Shown: positions 12,385-26,187, counted from the first letter of the stretch. The stretch: 64,000 bases of DNA from Macrostomum lignano (GCA_002269645.1 NIVC01000799.1:1-64000); one strand, 5' to 3'. Numbers and translations: made by a program. Notes: generated by a model from the letters alone, not told the origin.

Positions 12385-13875
12385 TCCCTGCCATCACTCC
12401 AGCTCTCCCTGCCGTCACTCCAGCTCTCCCTGCCGTCACTCCAGCTCTCCCTGCCGTCACTCCAGCTCTCCCTGCCGTCACTCCAGCTCTCCCTGTCGTC
12501 ACTCCAGCTCTCCCTGTCATCCCCCAGCTCTCTCCCAGCCATCTCTCAGCCCCCAGATTTCTCCCAGCCACCCCCCAGCTCTCTCCCAGCCATCCCCCAG
12601 CTCTCTCCCTGCCATCCCCCAGCTCTCTCCCAGCCATCCCCCAGCTCTCTCCCTGCCATCCCCCAGCTCTCCCTGCCATCCCCCAGCTGTCTCCCTGCCA
12701 TCCTCCAGCTCTCTCCCAGCCATCCCCCAGCTCTCCCTGCCATCCCCCAGCTCTTCCTGCCATCCCCCAGCTCTCCCTGCCATCCCCCAGCTCTCTCCCA
12801 GCCATCCCCCAGCTCTCCCTGCCATCCTCCAGCTCTCCCTGCCATCCCCCAGCTCTCTCCCTGCCATCCTCCAGCTCTCCCTGCCATCCCCCAGCTCTCT
12901 CCCAGCCATCCCCCAGCTCTCCCAGCCATCCCCCAGCTCTCTCCCAGCCATCCCCCAGCTCTCTCCCTGCCATCCCCCAGCTCTCTCCCTGCCATCCCCC
13001 AGCTCTCCCTGCCATCCCCCAGCTCTCTCACAGCCACCCCCAGCTCTCCCTGCCATCCCCCAGCTCTCTCACAGCCATCCCCCAGCTCTCCCAGCCATCC
13101 CCCAGCTCTCTCCCAGCCATCCCCCAGCTCTCTCCCAGCCATCCGCCAGCTCTCTCCCTGCCATCCTCCAGCTCTCCCTGCCATCCCCCAGCTCTCTCCC
13201 TGCCATCCCCCAGCTCTCTCCCTGCCATCCCCCAGCTCTCCCTGCCATCCCCAGCTCTCTCACAGCCATCCCCCAGCTCTCCCTGCATCCCCCAGCTCTC
13301 TCACAGCCATCCCCCAGCTCTCCCAGCCATCCCCCAGCTCTCTCCCAGCCATCCCCCAGCTCTCTCCCAGCCATCCCCCAGCTCTCCCAGCCATCCGCCA
13401 GCTCTCTCCCAGCCATCCCCCAGCTCTCTCCCTGCCATCCCCCAGCTCTCCCTGCCATCCCCCAGCTCTCTCCCAGCCATCCCCCAGCTCTCCCTGCCAT
13501 CCTCCAGCTCTCCCTGCCATCCCCCAGCTCTCTCCCTGCCATCCTCCAGCTCTCCCTGCCATCCCCAGCTCTCTCCCAGCCATCCCCCCAGCTCTCTCCC
13601 AGCCATCCCCCAGCTCTCTCCCAGCCATCCCCCAGCTCTCTCCCTGCCATCCCCCAGCTCTCTCCCTGCCATCCCCAGCTCTCCCTGCCATCCCCCAGCT
13701 CTCTCACAGCCATCCCCCAGCTCTCCCAGCCATCCCCCAGCTCTCTCCCTGCCATCCCCCAGCTCTCTCCCAGCCATCCGCCAGCTCTCTCCCAGCCATC
13801 CCCCAGCTCTCTCCTAGCCATCCGCCAGCTCTCTCCCAGCCATCCCTCAGCTCTCTCCCAGCCATCCCCCCAGCT
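12385..13875. repeat. 21-24-bp C-rich minisatellite (CCATCCCCCAGCTCTC(TC)CC(T/A)G)n
   Basis: About 1.5 kb of tandem variants; explains the many overlapping repetitive ORFs here. Confidence 0.95.
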
Positions 13876-14339
13876 CCCTCTCCCGTCCCTGCCATTCCTG
13901 TGCCATCCACACTCCAAGACTGCCACTTTCCTGCCAAAAGTGTATGAAAATCGTTAACCAGACAAATTTCAGCTTACTTTTGGCATGACACTGCAAGTCG
14001 AAAAGGCAAACAATTTTCACGTTTTTCAAGACCCGTTCGTTTCAGAAAAGACCTACACGAGAGCGCCCAGACCTCCCAAGTAGCGCTGATTCTGGAACTG
14101 CAAAAACACTGTTATACTGTTGCACTGTTTCACTCAAGGCCTGATTTGTAAATTCTTTCTACAAGATAACAATCGAATGCAGTCGGGTCTTCATACATGT
14201 ATTTTAGTACAGCTCTGTGACGTGTGTAGTCCGAAATAGTGCTTCTGTCAACAGGCGCTGACAGTTCTAGTAGAGATGACCGAGCCGCCTAATGCTGCTT
14301 ATTGTGTATAAGACTGAAGCACTCTCTGAGTGAACTCTG

Positions 14340-15310
14340 ACTGAGAGTGACAGAATGGGAAGGCAAAGAGTGACAGAATGGGAAGGCAAAGAGTGACAGA
14401 ATGGGAAGGGAGAGAGTGACAGAATGGGAAGGCAAAGAGTGACAGAATGGGAAGGGAGAGAGTGACAGAATGGGAAGGGAGAGAGTGACAGAATGGGAAG
14501 GGAGAGAGTGACAGAATGGGAAGGGAGAGAGTGACAGAATGGGAAGGGAGAGAGTGACAGAGTGGAAAGTGGGTGAGTGAAAAAATTGGAAGTGAGAGAA
14601 AGTGACAGAATGGAAAGTCAGAGAGTGACAGAATGGGAAGGAAAAGAGTGACAGAATGGAAAGTCAGAGAGTGACAGAATGGGAAGGAAGAGAGTGACAG
14701 AAAGGGAAGGAAGAGAGTGACAGAATGGGAAGGGAGAGAGTGACAGATTGGGAAGGGAGAGAGGGACAGATTGGGAAGGGAGAGAGTGACAGATTGGGAA
14801 GGGAGAGAGGGACAGATTGGGAAGGGAGAGAGTGACAGATTGGGAAGGGAGAGAGTGACAGATTGGGAAGGGAGAGAGGGACAGATTGGGAAGGGAGAGA
14901 GTGACAGATTGGGAAGGGAGAGAGTGACAGATTGGGAAGGGAGAGAGTGACAGATTGGGAAGGGAGAGAGTGACAGATTGGGAAGGGAGAGAGTGACAGA
15001 TTGGGAAGGGAGAGAGTGACAGATTGGGAAAGGAGAGAGGGACAGATTGGGAAGGGAGAGAGTGACAGATTGGGAAGGGAGAGAGGGACAGATTGGGAAG
15101 GGAGAGAGGGACAGATTGGGAAGGGAGAGAGGGACAGATTGGGAAGTCAGAGAGTGACAGAATGGGAAGGGAGAGAGTGACAGAATCGGAAGGTAGAAAG
15201 TGACAGAATAGAAAGGCAGAGAGTGACAGAATAGGAAGGGAGAGAGTGACAAAGAGGAAAGTGGGAGAGTGACAAAATTGGAAGGGAGAGAAAGTGACAG
15301 AAAGGGAAGG
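14340..15310. repeat. 23-bp purine-rich minisatellite (GAGAGTGACAGATTGGGAAGGGA)n
   Basis: About 40 tandem copies. Confidence 0.95.
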
Positions 15311-15711
15311 CAAATGGTAGGGTTTGAGTACAGTTTGAGTACAAAAAAGCTAGGAAATGAGAAATAAAAGACTTCACGAAGGCAAAAACTTGTGTCGAGA
15401 CCATAAATCACGGAGAGTAGAGACAATTGCGGTCGGAACTGATAATTTGCCGGGGACATAAACGATTCTGTCAAAACAAACCCTCGTACTTTTCTGTTGG
15501 GGCTTACAAAGCTCGTTGGGAAGTCAGTTCTCGACTCGTTTCCCCCCTCCCTGTTAATCAAGGATCCAGCAAGCATTACAATGGCCAAATAAAAATAAAT
15601 ACACTGTGGTTAGCCGCGTGAGCAGAGGGAGGGGACTAAAGTGCAAAAAACAACAGTAACTCATTTCTCTCCGTAGGTGTGCGCTCTGTCTTACTGTAAA
15701 CAGAGAGTGGA

Positions 15712-16345
15712 GAAGAGAGAGTAGAGAGTGGGGAAGAGAGATAAGACAGTGGAGAAGAGAGATTATAGAGTGGGGAGAGAGATGAGAGAGTGGGGAAGAG
15801 ATATGAGAGAGTGGGGAAAAGAGATAAGACAGTGGGGAAGAGAGATGAGAGAGTGGGGAAGAAGAGAGATGAGAGAGTGGGGAAGAGAGATGATAGAGTG
15901 GGGAAGAGAGATGAGAGAGTGGGGAAGAGAGATGAGAGAGTGGGGAAGAGAGATGAGAGAGTGGGGAAGAGAGATGAGAGAGTGGGGAAGAGAGATGAGA
16001 GAGTGGGGAAGAGAGATGAGAGAGTGGGGAAAAGAGATAAGACAGTGGGGAAGAGAGATGAGAGAGTGGGGAAGAAGAGAGATGAGAGTGAGGGAAGAGA
16101 GATGATAGAGTGGGGAAGAGAGATGAGAGAGTGGGGAAGAGAGATGAGAGTGGGGAAGAGAGATGAGAGAGTGGGGAAGAAGAGAGATGAGAGTGGGGAA
16201 GAGAGATGATAGAGTGGGGAAGAGAGATGAGAGAGTGGGGAAGAGAGATGAGAGTGGGGAAGAGAGATGAGAGAGTGGGGAAAAGAGATAAGAGAGTGGG
16301 GAAGAGAGATGATAGAGTGTCGAAGAGAAATGAGAGAGTGGGGAA
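15712..16345. repeat. ~21-bp purine-rich minisatellite (GAGAGTGGGGAAGAGAGATGA)n
   Basis: About 28 tandem copies. Confidence 0.95.
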
Positions 16346-16581
16346 ACCCAGACTAACGTACGGAATCTCACTGAGACACTGAGCTTAGCGAGAGACTGGT
16401 GATAGGTAAAGGGTTTCGGTGAGAGAGGCATCGAGGAGGAGCGAAGGTCAGTCATGTCTGGCAGCTAAATACAATAAATATGCAACAGTGCCATTAAGAC
16501 GGTGTTTTAGTTCATCGCTCGAGTCGATGAAGACCAGATTTAAATTTGATAATGAAATTTATCATTCGTTTGATTCAAGTA

Positions 16582-17579
16582 TACCTTTTCAACTTCGGAT
16601 TCGTCAAAAGTGAGTTCAAATTCGTCAGCGTATGCAAAACTATATAGCGCTCAAGGGGAAGAGAATGAGTGTCTGTGGTAAATTTTTTGAGAAAGTGACC
16701 TCGAATTCGTCTAAGTAAGTGAAATTCGTCAGTGCAAATACAGCCTGATCAGAAAAAGTGTTTGCTTTGTCCATGGTAAGAAAAGAAGGTGTCTATGGTA
16801 AGTTTAAGTAAGAAAGTGAGTGAAGTTCGTGCGTGGAAAAGTGGCCCAATTTCTTGAAATCTTCATTTCATGCTTTGATTGTTGTCAGAGATGCCCTGCA
16901 TGAGAATTTCGTCTGTGGATCGCTCTAGACTCGTGCGATGTTTTCAACAAAGACGAGACTGGAGATACATGTAACTCGCAATTGAACTGGATATGAAGAG
17001 GACAACTGCCAGTGACATCATCAGGAGATATGTTGATGAGGGTAGGATTGATCTAAACGCGCATGGAGGTGCAGTGAGACCAAAGCTTTCTGAGGAGATG
17101 CTCGGGGGGTTGACGAGGTATGTGGAAGAGAAGCCGACTGTGACCCTCAAAGAAATGCAGCAAAAGCTTGTTGCAGATTTTCCTGCTGCTCCTGCTGACA
17201 ACGCAGGCAATCAGTCGTCGACTTGACGGGACTTTGTGCGTTACATTGGCTGTTTGTTGTCATGCAGGGCATCTCTGAAAACAATCGAAGCATGAAATGA
17301 AGATTTCAAGAAATTGGCTACTTTTCCACACACGAACTTCACTCACTTTCTTACTTAAACTTACCATAGACACCTTCTTTTCTTACCATGGACAAAGCAA
17401 ACACTTTTTCTGATCAGGCTGTATTTGCACTGACGAATTTCACTTACTTATACGAATTCGAAGTCACTTTCTCTAAAAATTTACCACAGACACTCATTCT
17501 CTTCCCCTTGAGCGCTATATAGTTTCGCATACGCTGACGAATTTGAACTCATTTTGACGAATCCGAAGTTGAAAAGGTA
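16582..17579 (+). mobile_element. Non-autonomous Tc1/mariner-IS630-like DNA transposon with ~320-bp terminal inverted repeats
   Basis: 16582-16903 is the near-perfect reverse complement of 17260-17579 (TACCTTTTCAACTTCGGATTCGTC... / ...GACGAATCCGAAGTTGAAAAGGTA), flanked by TA on both sides. The interior encodes a transposase N-terminal HTH fragment. Confidence 0.88.
16891..17235 (+). pseudogene. Truncated Tc1/IS630-family transposase, DNA-binding HTH region only
   Basis: MPCMRISSVDRSRLVRCFQQRRDWRYM*LAIELDMKRTTASDIIRRYVDEGRI...GGAVRPKLSEEM...YVEEKPTVTLKEMQQKL, with in-frame TAA at 16972 and a shifted ISRRLDG. No DDE domain. Confidence 0.72.
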
Positions 17580-18119
17580 TACTAAATAAATCCTGCAATC
17601 TCCATTTTCGCAAGTCAAACTACCTAGCTCAGAGTTCAGTAAAGCTGCTACTATCTCCTCGGTGTACTTATACTCTAGTATGGGATGGGTGCGCACTTCT
17701 GCGCCCTTCATTGCGCCAAGAACGAGAGTAATTTTTTAGCAAATCCAGACTTGACTGCGCAACTAGCAAAAATCAGTCAGTTAGTCAGTCAGTCAGGCCA
17801 AGTGCGAATGAACCGACTGAATTGCGCGCCGCCAAGTCTGGAGGGCAAGACGGAGTGCGCATTAAAACAAATCGTAATTCTCTTAGTTCTGTTAAGCTCT
17901 GTCAAAGCTTGAACGTCGAGAATTGCGTCTATTAGGGCTTTTTCACCAGCGTTGCACTTGTTCAGCAGATGCTTTCGGTGCAACTCAGTGCCCTGGGCGA
18001 GCAGACGCGATTTTTAAGTAATTATCAACTACAGTTTCAACTGCCAACCTATATAGCACTCTTTAAAGCACTTGCCTGCCTAGAAATCAGCCTAACACTG
18101 CAGATGTCACTCTATAAGC

Positions 18120-19875
18120 TTTGTCCCTCCAACAGCTACTTTGTCACTCCAGGAGCTACTTTGTCACTCCATGAGCTACTTTGTCACTCCAACCGCTACT
18201 TTGTCACTCAATTAGCTACTTTGTCACTCCAACCGCTACTTTGTCACTCCAGGAGCTACTTTTTCCCTCAAGGAGCTACTTTGTCACTCCAACCGCTACT
18301 TAGTCACTCAATTAGCTACTTTGTCACTCCAACCGCTACTCTGTCACTCCAGGAGCTACTTTGTCACTCCAGGAGCTACTTTGTCACTCAAGGAGCTACT
18401 TTGTCACTCCAACCGCTACTCTGTCACTCCAGGAGCTACTTTGTCACTCCATGAGCTACTTTGTCACTCCATGAGCTACTTTGTCACTCCAACAGCTACT
18501 TTGTCACTTCAACAGCTACTTTGTCACTCCAACAGCTACTTTGTCACTCTATTAGCTACTTTATCACTCCATGAGCTACTTTGTCACTCCAACAGCTACT
18601 TTGTCACTCCAGGAGCTACTTTGTCACTCTATAAGCTACTTTATCACTCCATGAGCTACTTTGTCACTCTATTAGCTACTTAGTCACTCCAGGAGCTACT
18701 TTGTCACTCCAACCGCTACTTAGTCACTCAATTAGCTACTTTGTCACTCCAACCGCTACTCTGTCACTCCAGGAGCTACTTTGTCACTCCAGGAGCTACT
18801 TTGTCACTCAAGGAGCTACTTTGTCACTCCAACAGCTACTTTGTCACTCCAACAGCTACTTTGTCACTCCAACCGCTACTTTGTCACTCCAGCCGCTAAT
18901 TTGTCACTCCAGGAGCTACTTTGTCACTCCAACAGCTACTTTGTCACTCCAACAGCTACTTTGTCACTCCAACCGCTACTTTGTCACTCCATGAGCTACT
19001 TTGTCACTCCAGCCGCTACTTTGTCACTCCAACAGCTACTTTGTCACTCCAGCCGCTACTTTGTCACTCCAACAGCTACTTTGTCACTCCAACAGCTACT
19101 TTGTCACTCCAGGAGCTACTTTGTCACTCCAACAGCTACTTTGTCACTCAATTAGCTACTTTGTCACTCCAACAGCTACTTTGTCACTCCATGAGCTACT
19201 TTGTCACTTCAACAGCTACTTTGTCACTCCAGGAGCTACTTTGTCACTCCAACAGCTACTTTGTCACCTCAACAGCTATTTAGTCCCTCCAGAAGCTACT
19301 TTGTCACTCCAAAAGCTACTTTGTCACCTCAACAGCTACTTAGTCACTCCAGGAGCTACTTTGTCACTCCATGAGCTACTTTGTCACTCCAGGAGCTACT
19401 TTGTCACTCCAAAAGCTACTTTGTCACCTCAACAGCTATTTAGTCCCTCCAGGAGCTACTTTGTCACTCCAAAAGCTACTTTGTCACCTCAACAGCTACT
19501 TAGTCACTCCAGGAGCTACTTTGTCACTCCATGAGCTACTTTGTCACTCCAGGAGCTACTTTGTCACTCCAAAAGCTACTTTGTCACCTCAACAGCTACT
19601 TAGTCACTCCAGGAGCTACTTTGTCACTCCATGAGCTACTTTGTCACTCCAGGAGCTACTTTGTCACTCCAAAAGCTACTTTGTCACTCAATTAGCTACT
19701 TTGTCACTCAATTAGCTACTTTGTCACTCTAGGAGCTACTTTGTCACCTCAACAGCTACTTTGTCACTCTAGGAGCTACTTTGTTACTCTAGGTGCTACT
19801 TTGTCACTCTAGGAGCTACTTTGTCACTCTAGGAGCTACTTTGTCACCTCAACAGCTCCTTTGTCACTCCAGGAG
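18120..19875. repeat. 20-bp minisatellite (GCTACTTTGTCACTCCANNA)n
   Basis: About 87 tandem copies with variant triplets (GGA/ACA/TGA/ACC). Confidence 0.97.
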
Positions 19876-20484
19876 CCTTATTGCCGCCTCAGGTGCCATT
19901 TGGAGCTCCACAACCAGCCTGAATGAACAGGATTCGGTAGAGTAAACATACGTGCTTATACAAATCCGTGCTATTCAAGTGCTATAGAAAATTATTTATG
20001 GGAATATCGCCCCGAAAATAGCGTCAATATTTAAACAGAGCCATCTCAGAATGATGCACAAGGAACTGCATTGTTAACTAGAAGTATAGAATTCAATCAA
20101 ACACACCGCTGTCTTTTAACCACATTGCGGCAAACCGGTTCTAAATAGAGACTACGGTAGTGTATTTATATGTCACCAGTGGCCGAAATTGAACACCTAC
20201 AGTGTGTACGGTTCAATGTTTGTTATGATTTGAAGACACCAACCTGAAGGAAGCTGGCGACTGGAAATACAATACAATAAATTAATTGTCTTCTCTGAAC
20301 CATTAAATTTGACTGTAATTTAGAATGTTCGGATAGCGAAATCTGAAAGACACGGATAATTTATTCTTATGATAATTTTTTCATTTCGTTTTGAGTTCAG
20401 AAAAAAGTAATGCTTTGAGGGGCATTGTATATTATTGGATCAATTGTGAATGCAATTTTAGGCATTTTTGTGTCAGTTTTGTGT

Positions 20485-20755
20485 ATTGTTACCTGTAGTC
20501 AGTAGTGTATTGTTACCTGTAGTCAGTAGTGCATTGTTACCTGCAGTCAGTAGTGCATTGTTACCTGCAGTCAGTAGTGTGTTGTTACCTGCAGTCAGCA
20601 GTGCATTGTTACCTGTAGTCAGTAGTGCATTGTTGGGTGTAGTGTAGTCAATATTGTGTTGTTAGTGCATTGTTATGTGTAGTCAATATTGTGTTGTTAG
20701 TGCATTGTTAGGTGTAGTCAATATTGTGTTGTTAGTGCATTGCTACCTACAGTCA
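20485..20755. repeat. 24-bp and ~33-bp related tandem repeats (GTGCATTGTTACCTGCAGTCAGTA)n
   Basis: Visible tandem copies. Confidence 0.85.
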
Positions 20756-21324
20756 AACCAGGGGAATCATCTTCAAGTCAAGAGTGCCAACAAACAGGCC
20801 TCTACCCCTCTGAGGGAGCACTTGAATGACAGAGAACACTAATGCTTTTGCACAGTCCTTATTCACCTTCATCAACTGGAGGCTCAGCTGCAATTTTTCA
20901 TTTCCTCAGACGCAGGCTTTGCACTTTAGTAGAGTCTGGGTTTCTTTTTACTGGGATATGTGCATTGCTTACTTCTCGAACTCTGGGGGGTATGAAAGGA
21001 AGGTTGCACTGCACAGCCACTTAACCATAAGCGCATGCCTGGACCGCTCCGGGTTGCACTGCTGGGATAAAGAGAGAAAATTTTGTCTAAACTCATCCCA
21101 GGCTCTAAAATAGTGCAAGTTCGCGCCGAACTCACACTAACGGGCCTACCCGAGACTGGCAAGTGGGGGACACTGGCCCTGGAGCTGCACTGGAAAGGAA
21201 TGGGAATGGAAGGACAGGACGACAGGGCTATTTTTACATGTTTACCCGTGTCCGATGTACTTTTAGCGATTCTTTGTGATGCGGGTTTAGACTGTGCTTA
21301 ATCGTGACTCATTTGTCAACCGTC

Positions 21325-21650
21325 ACATTGTCCCCCGTCTACTGTCTTCATGTAGTGTCTTCATGTCCTCTGTCTATTGTCTTCATGTCTCCTGTCTACT
21401 GTCTTCATGTCCACTGTCTACTGTCTTCATGTCTCCTGTTTACAGTCTTCATGTCTCCTGTCATCATGTCTCCTGTCTACTGTCTCCATGTCTCCTGTCT
21501 ACAGTCTTCATGTCTCCTGTCTACTGTTTGTATGTCCCCTGTATGCTATCTTCATGTCCTCTGTCTACTGTCTTCATGTCCCTGTCTACTGTCTTCATGT
21601 ACCCTGTATCCTGTCTTCATGTCTCCTGTCTACTGTCTTCATGTCATGCA
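21325..21650. repeat. ~22-bp minisatellite (TCTACTGTCTTCATGTCTCCTG)n
   Basis: About 14 degenerate tandem copies. Confidence 0.9.
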
Positions 21651-22784
21651 CTTATCATCTATCATTCATGCATGTGCAAGTGTTGAACGCAGAATTTATG
21701 TTTATGAAACCGAACAACTGTTTAGTGATAACTCAGACGTACTGAACTCAGACAGTACATGTCGACTCGTATTTACCATCGAGCTCGTATTGACCGCCCC
21801 AGCCAACTACTACAGACGGCAAGAGATTTAGGAAGCTGTATAGGAAATTTAATGCCCGGTAAAAGTACACCCAGTGCACGACAGCGCCAACGCCTGGAAC
21901 CTTCGTCTGCAAAGGTATGAAGATACTAAAAAAAGTAACCGGCAGGCTAGAAAAGTTTAGTTAGAACTTTATTAACTTTGAATTAACTTTTAACTTTGTA
22001 ACTGTGATTATCTTTGAAAACATTTTTGAAATTATGATTCAGTACAGAGATTTTGTGTGTGTATGTATTGCAGTGAGTGGCACTATTGTGTCACGCAAGA
22101 ATTAGCAAAAAATAAATGCATTATTCCTAAGTACAAAGTGCATTTTCCAAAACAGCTTTTATCTTTACTGGGTCTCTTGTTCCTAAGCAGCGTAACACGC
22201 GATGGCCTCGTGAACTGTCTGAATGTCTGACTTTTCAGTGCAATGTGCATAGAAATAGTAACAGGGGCCATGGCAAAGAGCATTATCTTGCTTCTGTCTG
22301 CTCCACCATCTACAACATGCTGCTGACCAAAATCATATTGAATGCATACTGTGAAGAAAGCATCGAATAATGCTCTTTGACTAACAGTTAGTTACCAAAT
22401 TTTGCAAAAAAATCATTCAGGATAGATCGTTTGCGATACAAAGAGGCCGAGCACTGCGAGCAGACCGAACTGACTTAACGAGGCACGTCGTGGACTTTTT
22501 GCGCACCTGAAGCTAAAGAAGAGTGGAAGGATGCTTCTCCGCTCTGTTCTTGCTTGACCTCTAATGCGCTGGACATGAAATGAATCAAAGTGGCGCGCGT
22601 GCAGTCGCTAGAGATGTCCTCTAGGGCTGAATTTTACAGAATAGCTAATTGCTATTTTGTACTGTTCAGTAGTATGACTAGATAATTGATGCCCATTGAG
22701 CAGGAGCAGAGCGGCATACGAGTCGTAAGAAGGAGCAGGAGTACATGTATAAGAGCAGGAGCGGGAGCAGGAGCAGAACCACTT

Positions 22785-25700
22785 ACGCTCCACCCACCAG
22801 TTGCCAACGCCCTGATGACGCCTGGCAGCCAACCTTCAACAACCTACCGGTCACCGGCAGAGCCATCCTCGGGGGCGACTTCAACGCCCATGGCAGCTGG
22901 GAACATCACCTCGACGAGGATGCCAGGTGCCAAACGGTTGATGAATGGGTTGCTCGCAACGGCCTGACCATCTGCAACTCAACCAACAGGTGCCCCACAG
23001 GTGCCCCTGTACAGTGCCCCAGTACAGGTCGCATCAGCAGTTCGGATGTGACGATCTGCAGCAGCGCCCTCTCCGGCGCCCCGATTGACTCCTGGAGAAC
23101 TGGCCCCGACTGGGGCAGCGAACACCTGCCAATCTTCTGCAACATCCCAGCCTCCAACGCCGGACCGCCAATCCGCCAGGGACAGAAACGCTGGATCTGC
23201 AAGAAAGCAAACTGGGCTGTTTTGACTGCCTGGGCCGACTCCGAACTACAAGCGGTCGCGCTCAACGATGAGGCAACTCGGCTTTCCGATGCAATACTCT
23301 CAGCTGCGCGACACAGCATCCCGCGCAGCTCAGGGAAGCCAACACGCCGGCTCCCATTCTGGAACGACGCGTGCGAGGATGCCACGAAAGCGACCAAAGC
23401 AGCACGTCAGGCCGCCGAAGCCGACCCGACCCCGGAGAACCTTGCCGCAGCCGCACGGGCCCGACATAATGCCCCAGACTGCCTCAACAAGGAAAAGAAA
23501 GCCTTTCTGCTGGAAAGGGCGGCACATTTCCACCAGGGCTCCGACATCTTTGGCCCTTTCGCGCCATGAGAGGCGAAGGGTACAAGACAGGGGACTCCGC
23601 AGCGATTACCAGACCCGCCTCAGAAAACGTCCCCGAGCGCACGGCCCGCACTAACAAAGAAAAGGCAGAGCTTTTCTGCCAGATGTACGCGGAAGTGAGC
23701 CGAGTCCCAAGACGCCGTCAGGATACTGCAATCCGCTACGAAGCCAACGAGGCCACGGCAGTCACAGATGACCCCCCTGCCTTCTTCTCTATTGGCGAGC
23801 TCCGCGCCGCTGTTCGTTGCTTCAAGTCGGAGAAGTCTGTGGGGGCCGACGGCGTCTCAAACGAAATGCTGAAACGCCTCCCCGCGGCCGCTGAAAACAT
23901 CCTTCTCAAACTAATCAACCGCACCTGGACACAAAAGGCAAACACCGACCAGCTGGCGAAATGGCACCATCATCCCGATCCGGAAAAAGGACAAGAGTGC
24001 CACGTCACCGGACAGCTATCGTCCTGTCGCCTTGACCAGCTGCGTCGCTAAGTGCGCAGAGCGCATGGCGCTTGTCCGCCTTAACCACGACCTGGAAAGC
24101 CGCGGCTGCCTATCACAAAATCAAGCCGGTTTCCGCCGTGGACGCAGCACTGAGGACCAGCTCGCCAGGGTCTGTCAAGCTATTTTCGACGGCTTGGAAA
24201 ACCACCCTGCCCTGCGCAGCATCCTGTGCCTTATCGACTTCAGCCGGGCCTACGACAAAGTCTGGCGCCTGGCGCTCTACGCCAAAATGCGACGCATGGG
24301 CATCTCCAGACGTATGACGCGCTGGGTCCGCGGCCTCCTAGCGCCCACCCTGTGGAACATATACGTCAATGACCTCGCCGAGGCTGTTGCCGCAGCCAGC
24401 CCACGAACCGACCTGAGCATTTACGCGGACGACTCGGCCCTACTAGCCACGACCCGCTCCCTGGCTACCTGCGCAGAGGAGCTCCAACCTGCTCTGGACG
24501 CAGTGACCAGCTGGTGCAGGACCTGGAAGGTCACCATTAGCAATAGCAAATGCTGCTATACCACTTTCACTATGGCCCCAAACGAGAATAACGGAAAGAG
24601 CCAGGTGAACCTTTGCATAAATGGAGATAAGCTCAACTTCGAGCTCACGCCGACCTTTTTGGGGCTCACGTTGGACGGCAGTCTCAGTTTCGCTCAGCAC
24701 GCGCAAACATCCGACGGAAGATGGCCGCCCGTAAGCGCCGCGCCCACTTGCTGCCCTCGCTACCAGAGCAGCCCTCGCGGACAGCAAGATCCTCCGGACA
24801 GCGTACATCGCAACAGTCCGCTCAGTGGCCGACTACGCCTGCGGCGTCTGGGGATCCTTTGCAGCCCCTCCTCCTAACCAACTCCTAATCGACCGACAAC
24901 AACACAGCTGCGCTCGTATTTTCCCCGGGTGCCTGCAGCTGACTCATATCCGGGATCTGCTGGCTGTTGCCAACCTCCCCACCTTTGGCCACCTGATCCT
25001 CCAGCGCAGTGCAAGTCTCCGTGAAGGAATCCTGCGCCTCCCAGCCGAGACCCCGGCGCGTGAGGTCGCCCTGAGAGACACTCAGCCGCGCCTCAAGAAC
25101 CGTGCCTTTGAGAGCCACCAGAGACAGCAGCGTGACCTCACAGAAATCTGCACCGTCGCGCTCGACTACCAGCGGCACTTCCGAGGCTGCTGGCGACGTG
25201 TCAGCCGGGAACTCGACCGCCCTGGAACCCATAAAGCCTCCCGAAAGAGGACCAGCTGCAACACCAGCCGCCGTGGGAGGCCCGCGGCACCGTCGACTGC
25301 GACCTCTCGCTATCCGAGCAATGCAGCCGCAGACTCCCCCCCGGTCTCCGCAACCACGCGGCCATCACGTACCTGGAGAAGGGCGGCATGCACCCCGTCC
25401 AAGCCTGGACTGATGGATCAGCCTCCGGCGGCACCTCCAATGGCACCAGTGCGGCCGTCGTGATCACCAGTGCAGAAGGCGGCATCTGCAGCAGCACACA
25501 AGCGGAACTTCATGCCATCCTCATCGCCTTACAGTCCATCTCCGGAGAACTCGCCAACCCCCCGGACATCAACATCCTCACCGACTCGCAGGCAGCCATT
25601 CAGAGTATTATGAGAGGTCCCAACGGCGGAGGCAGGACCGTCTCTGACATCTGGCGCATAATTAGCAACGCGAGTGCCGACGTTCGCCTCACCTGGATCC

Positions 25701-26147
25701 CCAGCCCACTGTGGGATGCAGCTCAACGAACGCGCAGACAAGGCAGCAAAGAACACTGTCACTTGCCAAGTTGATCAGGAGGTACCGCTCACGGCTGCAA
25801 ACGCCTACCTCCACCGTCTGAGATCCAACCTCGACCTCGAGTTCTGTGGCCGGGAAACTTCCTGGCCACAACTGCCAGCTTTACCCAGAAGGGCCGAGGT
25901 GGCCATTAATCAGCTTCGCGCCGGCTGCAGCCTCCAAGTGGCCGCCACTCGCCATCGGCTCGGCCTGTCTGACAACCCGCTGTGCCCGGACTGCGGGGAC
26001 CTGGACACTGAGCAGCATCTTCTTTTCGACTGCCCCAGAGGACACGCGGCACACCCGGCTGATCGTGAGCTTCTCCTCTGTGATGCGCCAGCAGTTCTCA
26101 AGCTCGTTCGCAGACTGGGGCGCCAACTGACTTCGAAGCAGCGCTGA
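22785..26147 (+). mobile_element. Degenerate non-LTR retrotransposon (I-group, possibly Ingi-like): APE endonuclease - RT - RNase H - CCHC finger
   Basis: EN motifs GDFNAH and GSEHLPI. RT motifs QAGFRRGRSTEDQL, LIDFSRAYDKVW, YADDSAL, PTFLGLTLD. RNase H motifs WTDGSA, AELHAILIAL, ILTDSQAAI, W(I)PS-HCGMQLNERADKAAK. C-terminal CPDCGDLDTEQHLLFDC. Split over several frames; 5' truncated. Confidence 0.92.
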
Positions 26148-26166
26148 CTTCGGGGTATGCGGTGCA

Positions 26167-26187
26167 GAGAGAGAGAGAGAGAGAGAG

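Noticed and set aside
12374-16455. Long ORFs of up to 526 aa (PSSLPAI, SLPNL, REWG repeats)
   Set aside because: They are translations of minisatellites, open in several frames and on both strands, with no domain content.
17969-19634. Series of LLCHS/YFVTP ORFs
   Set aside because: Products of the 20-bp tandem repeat.
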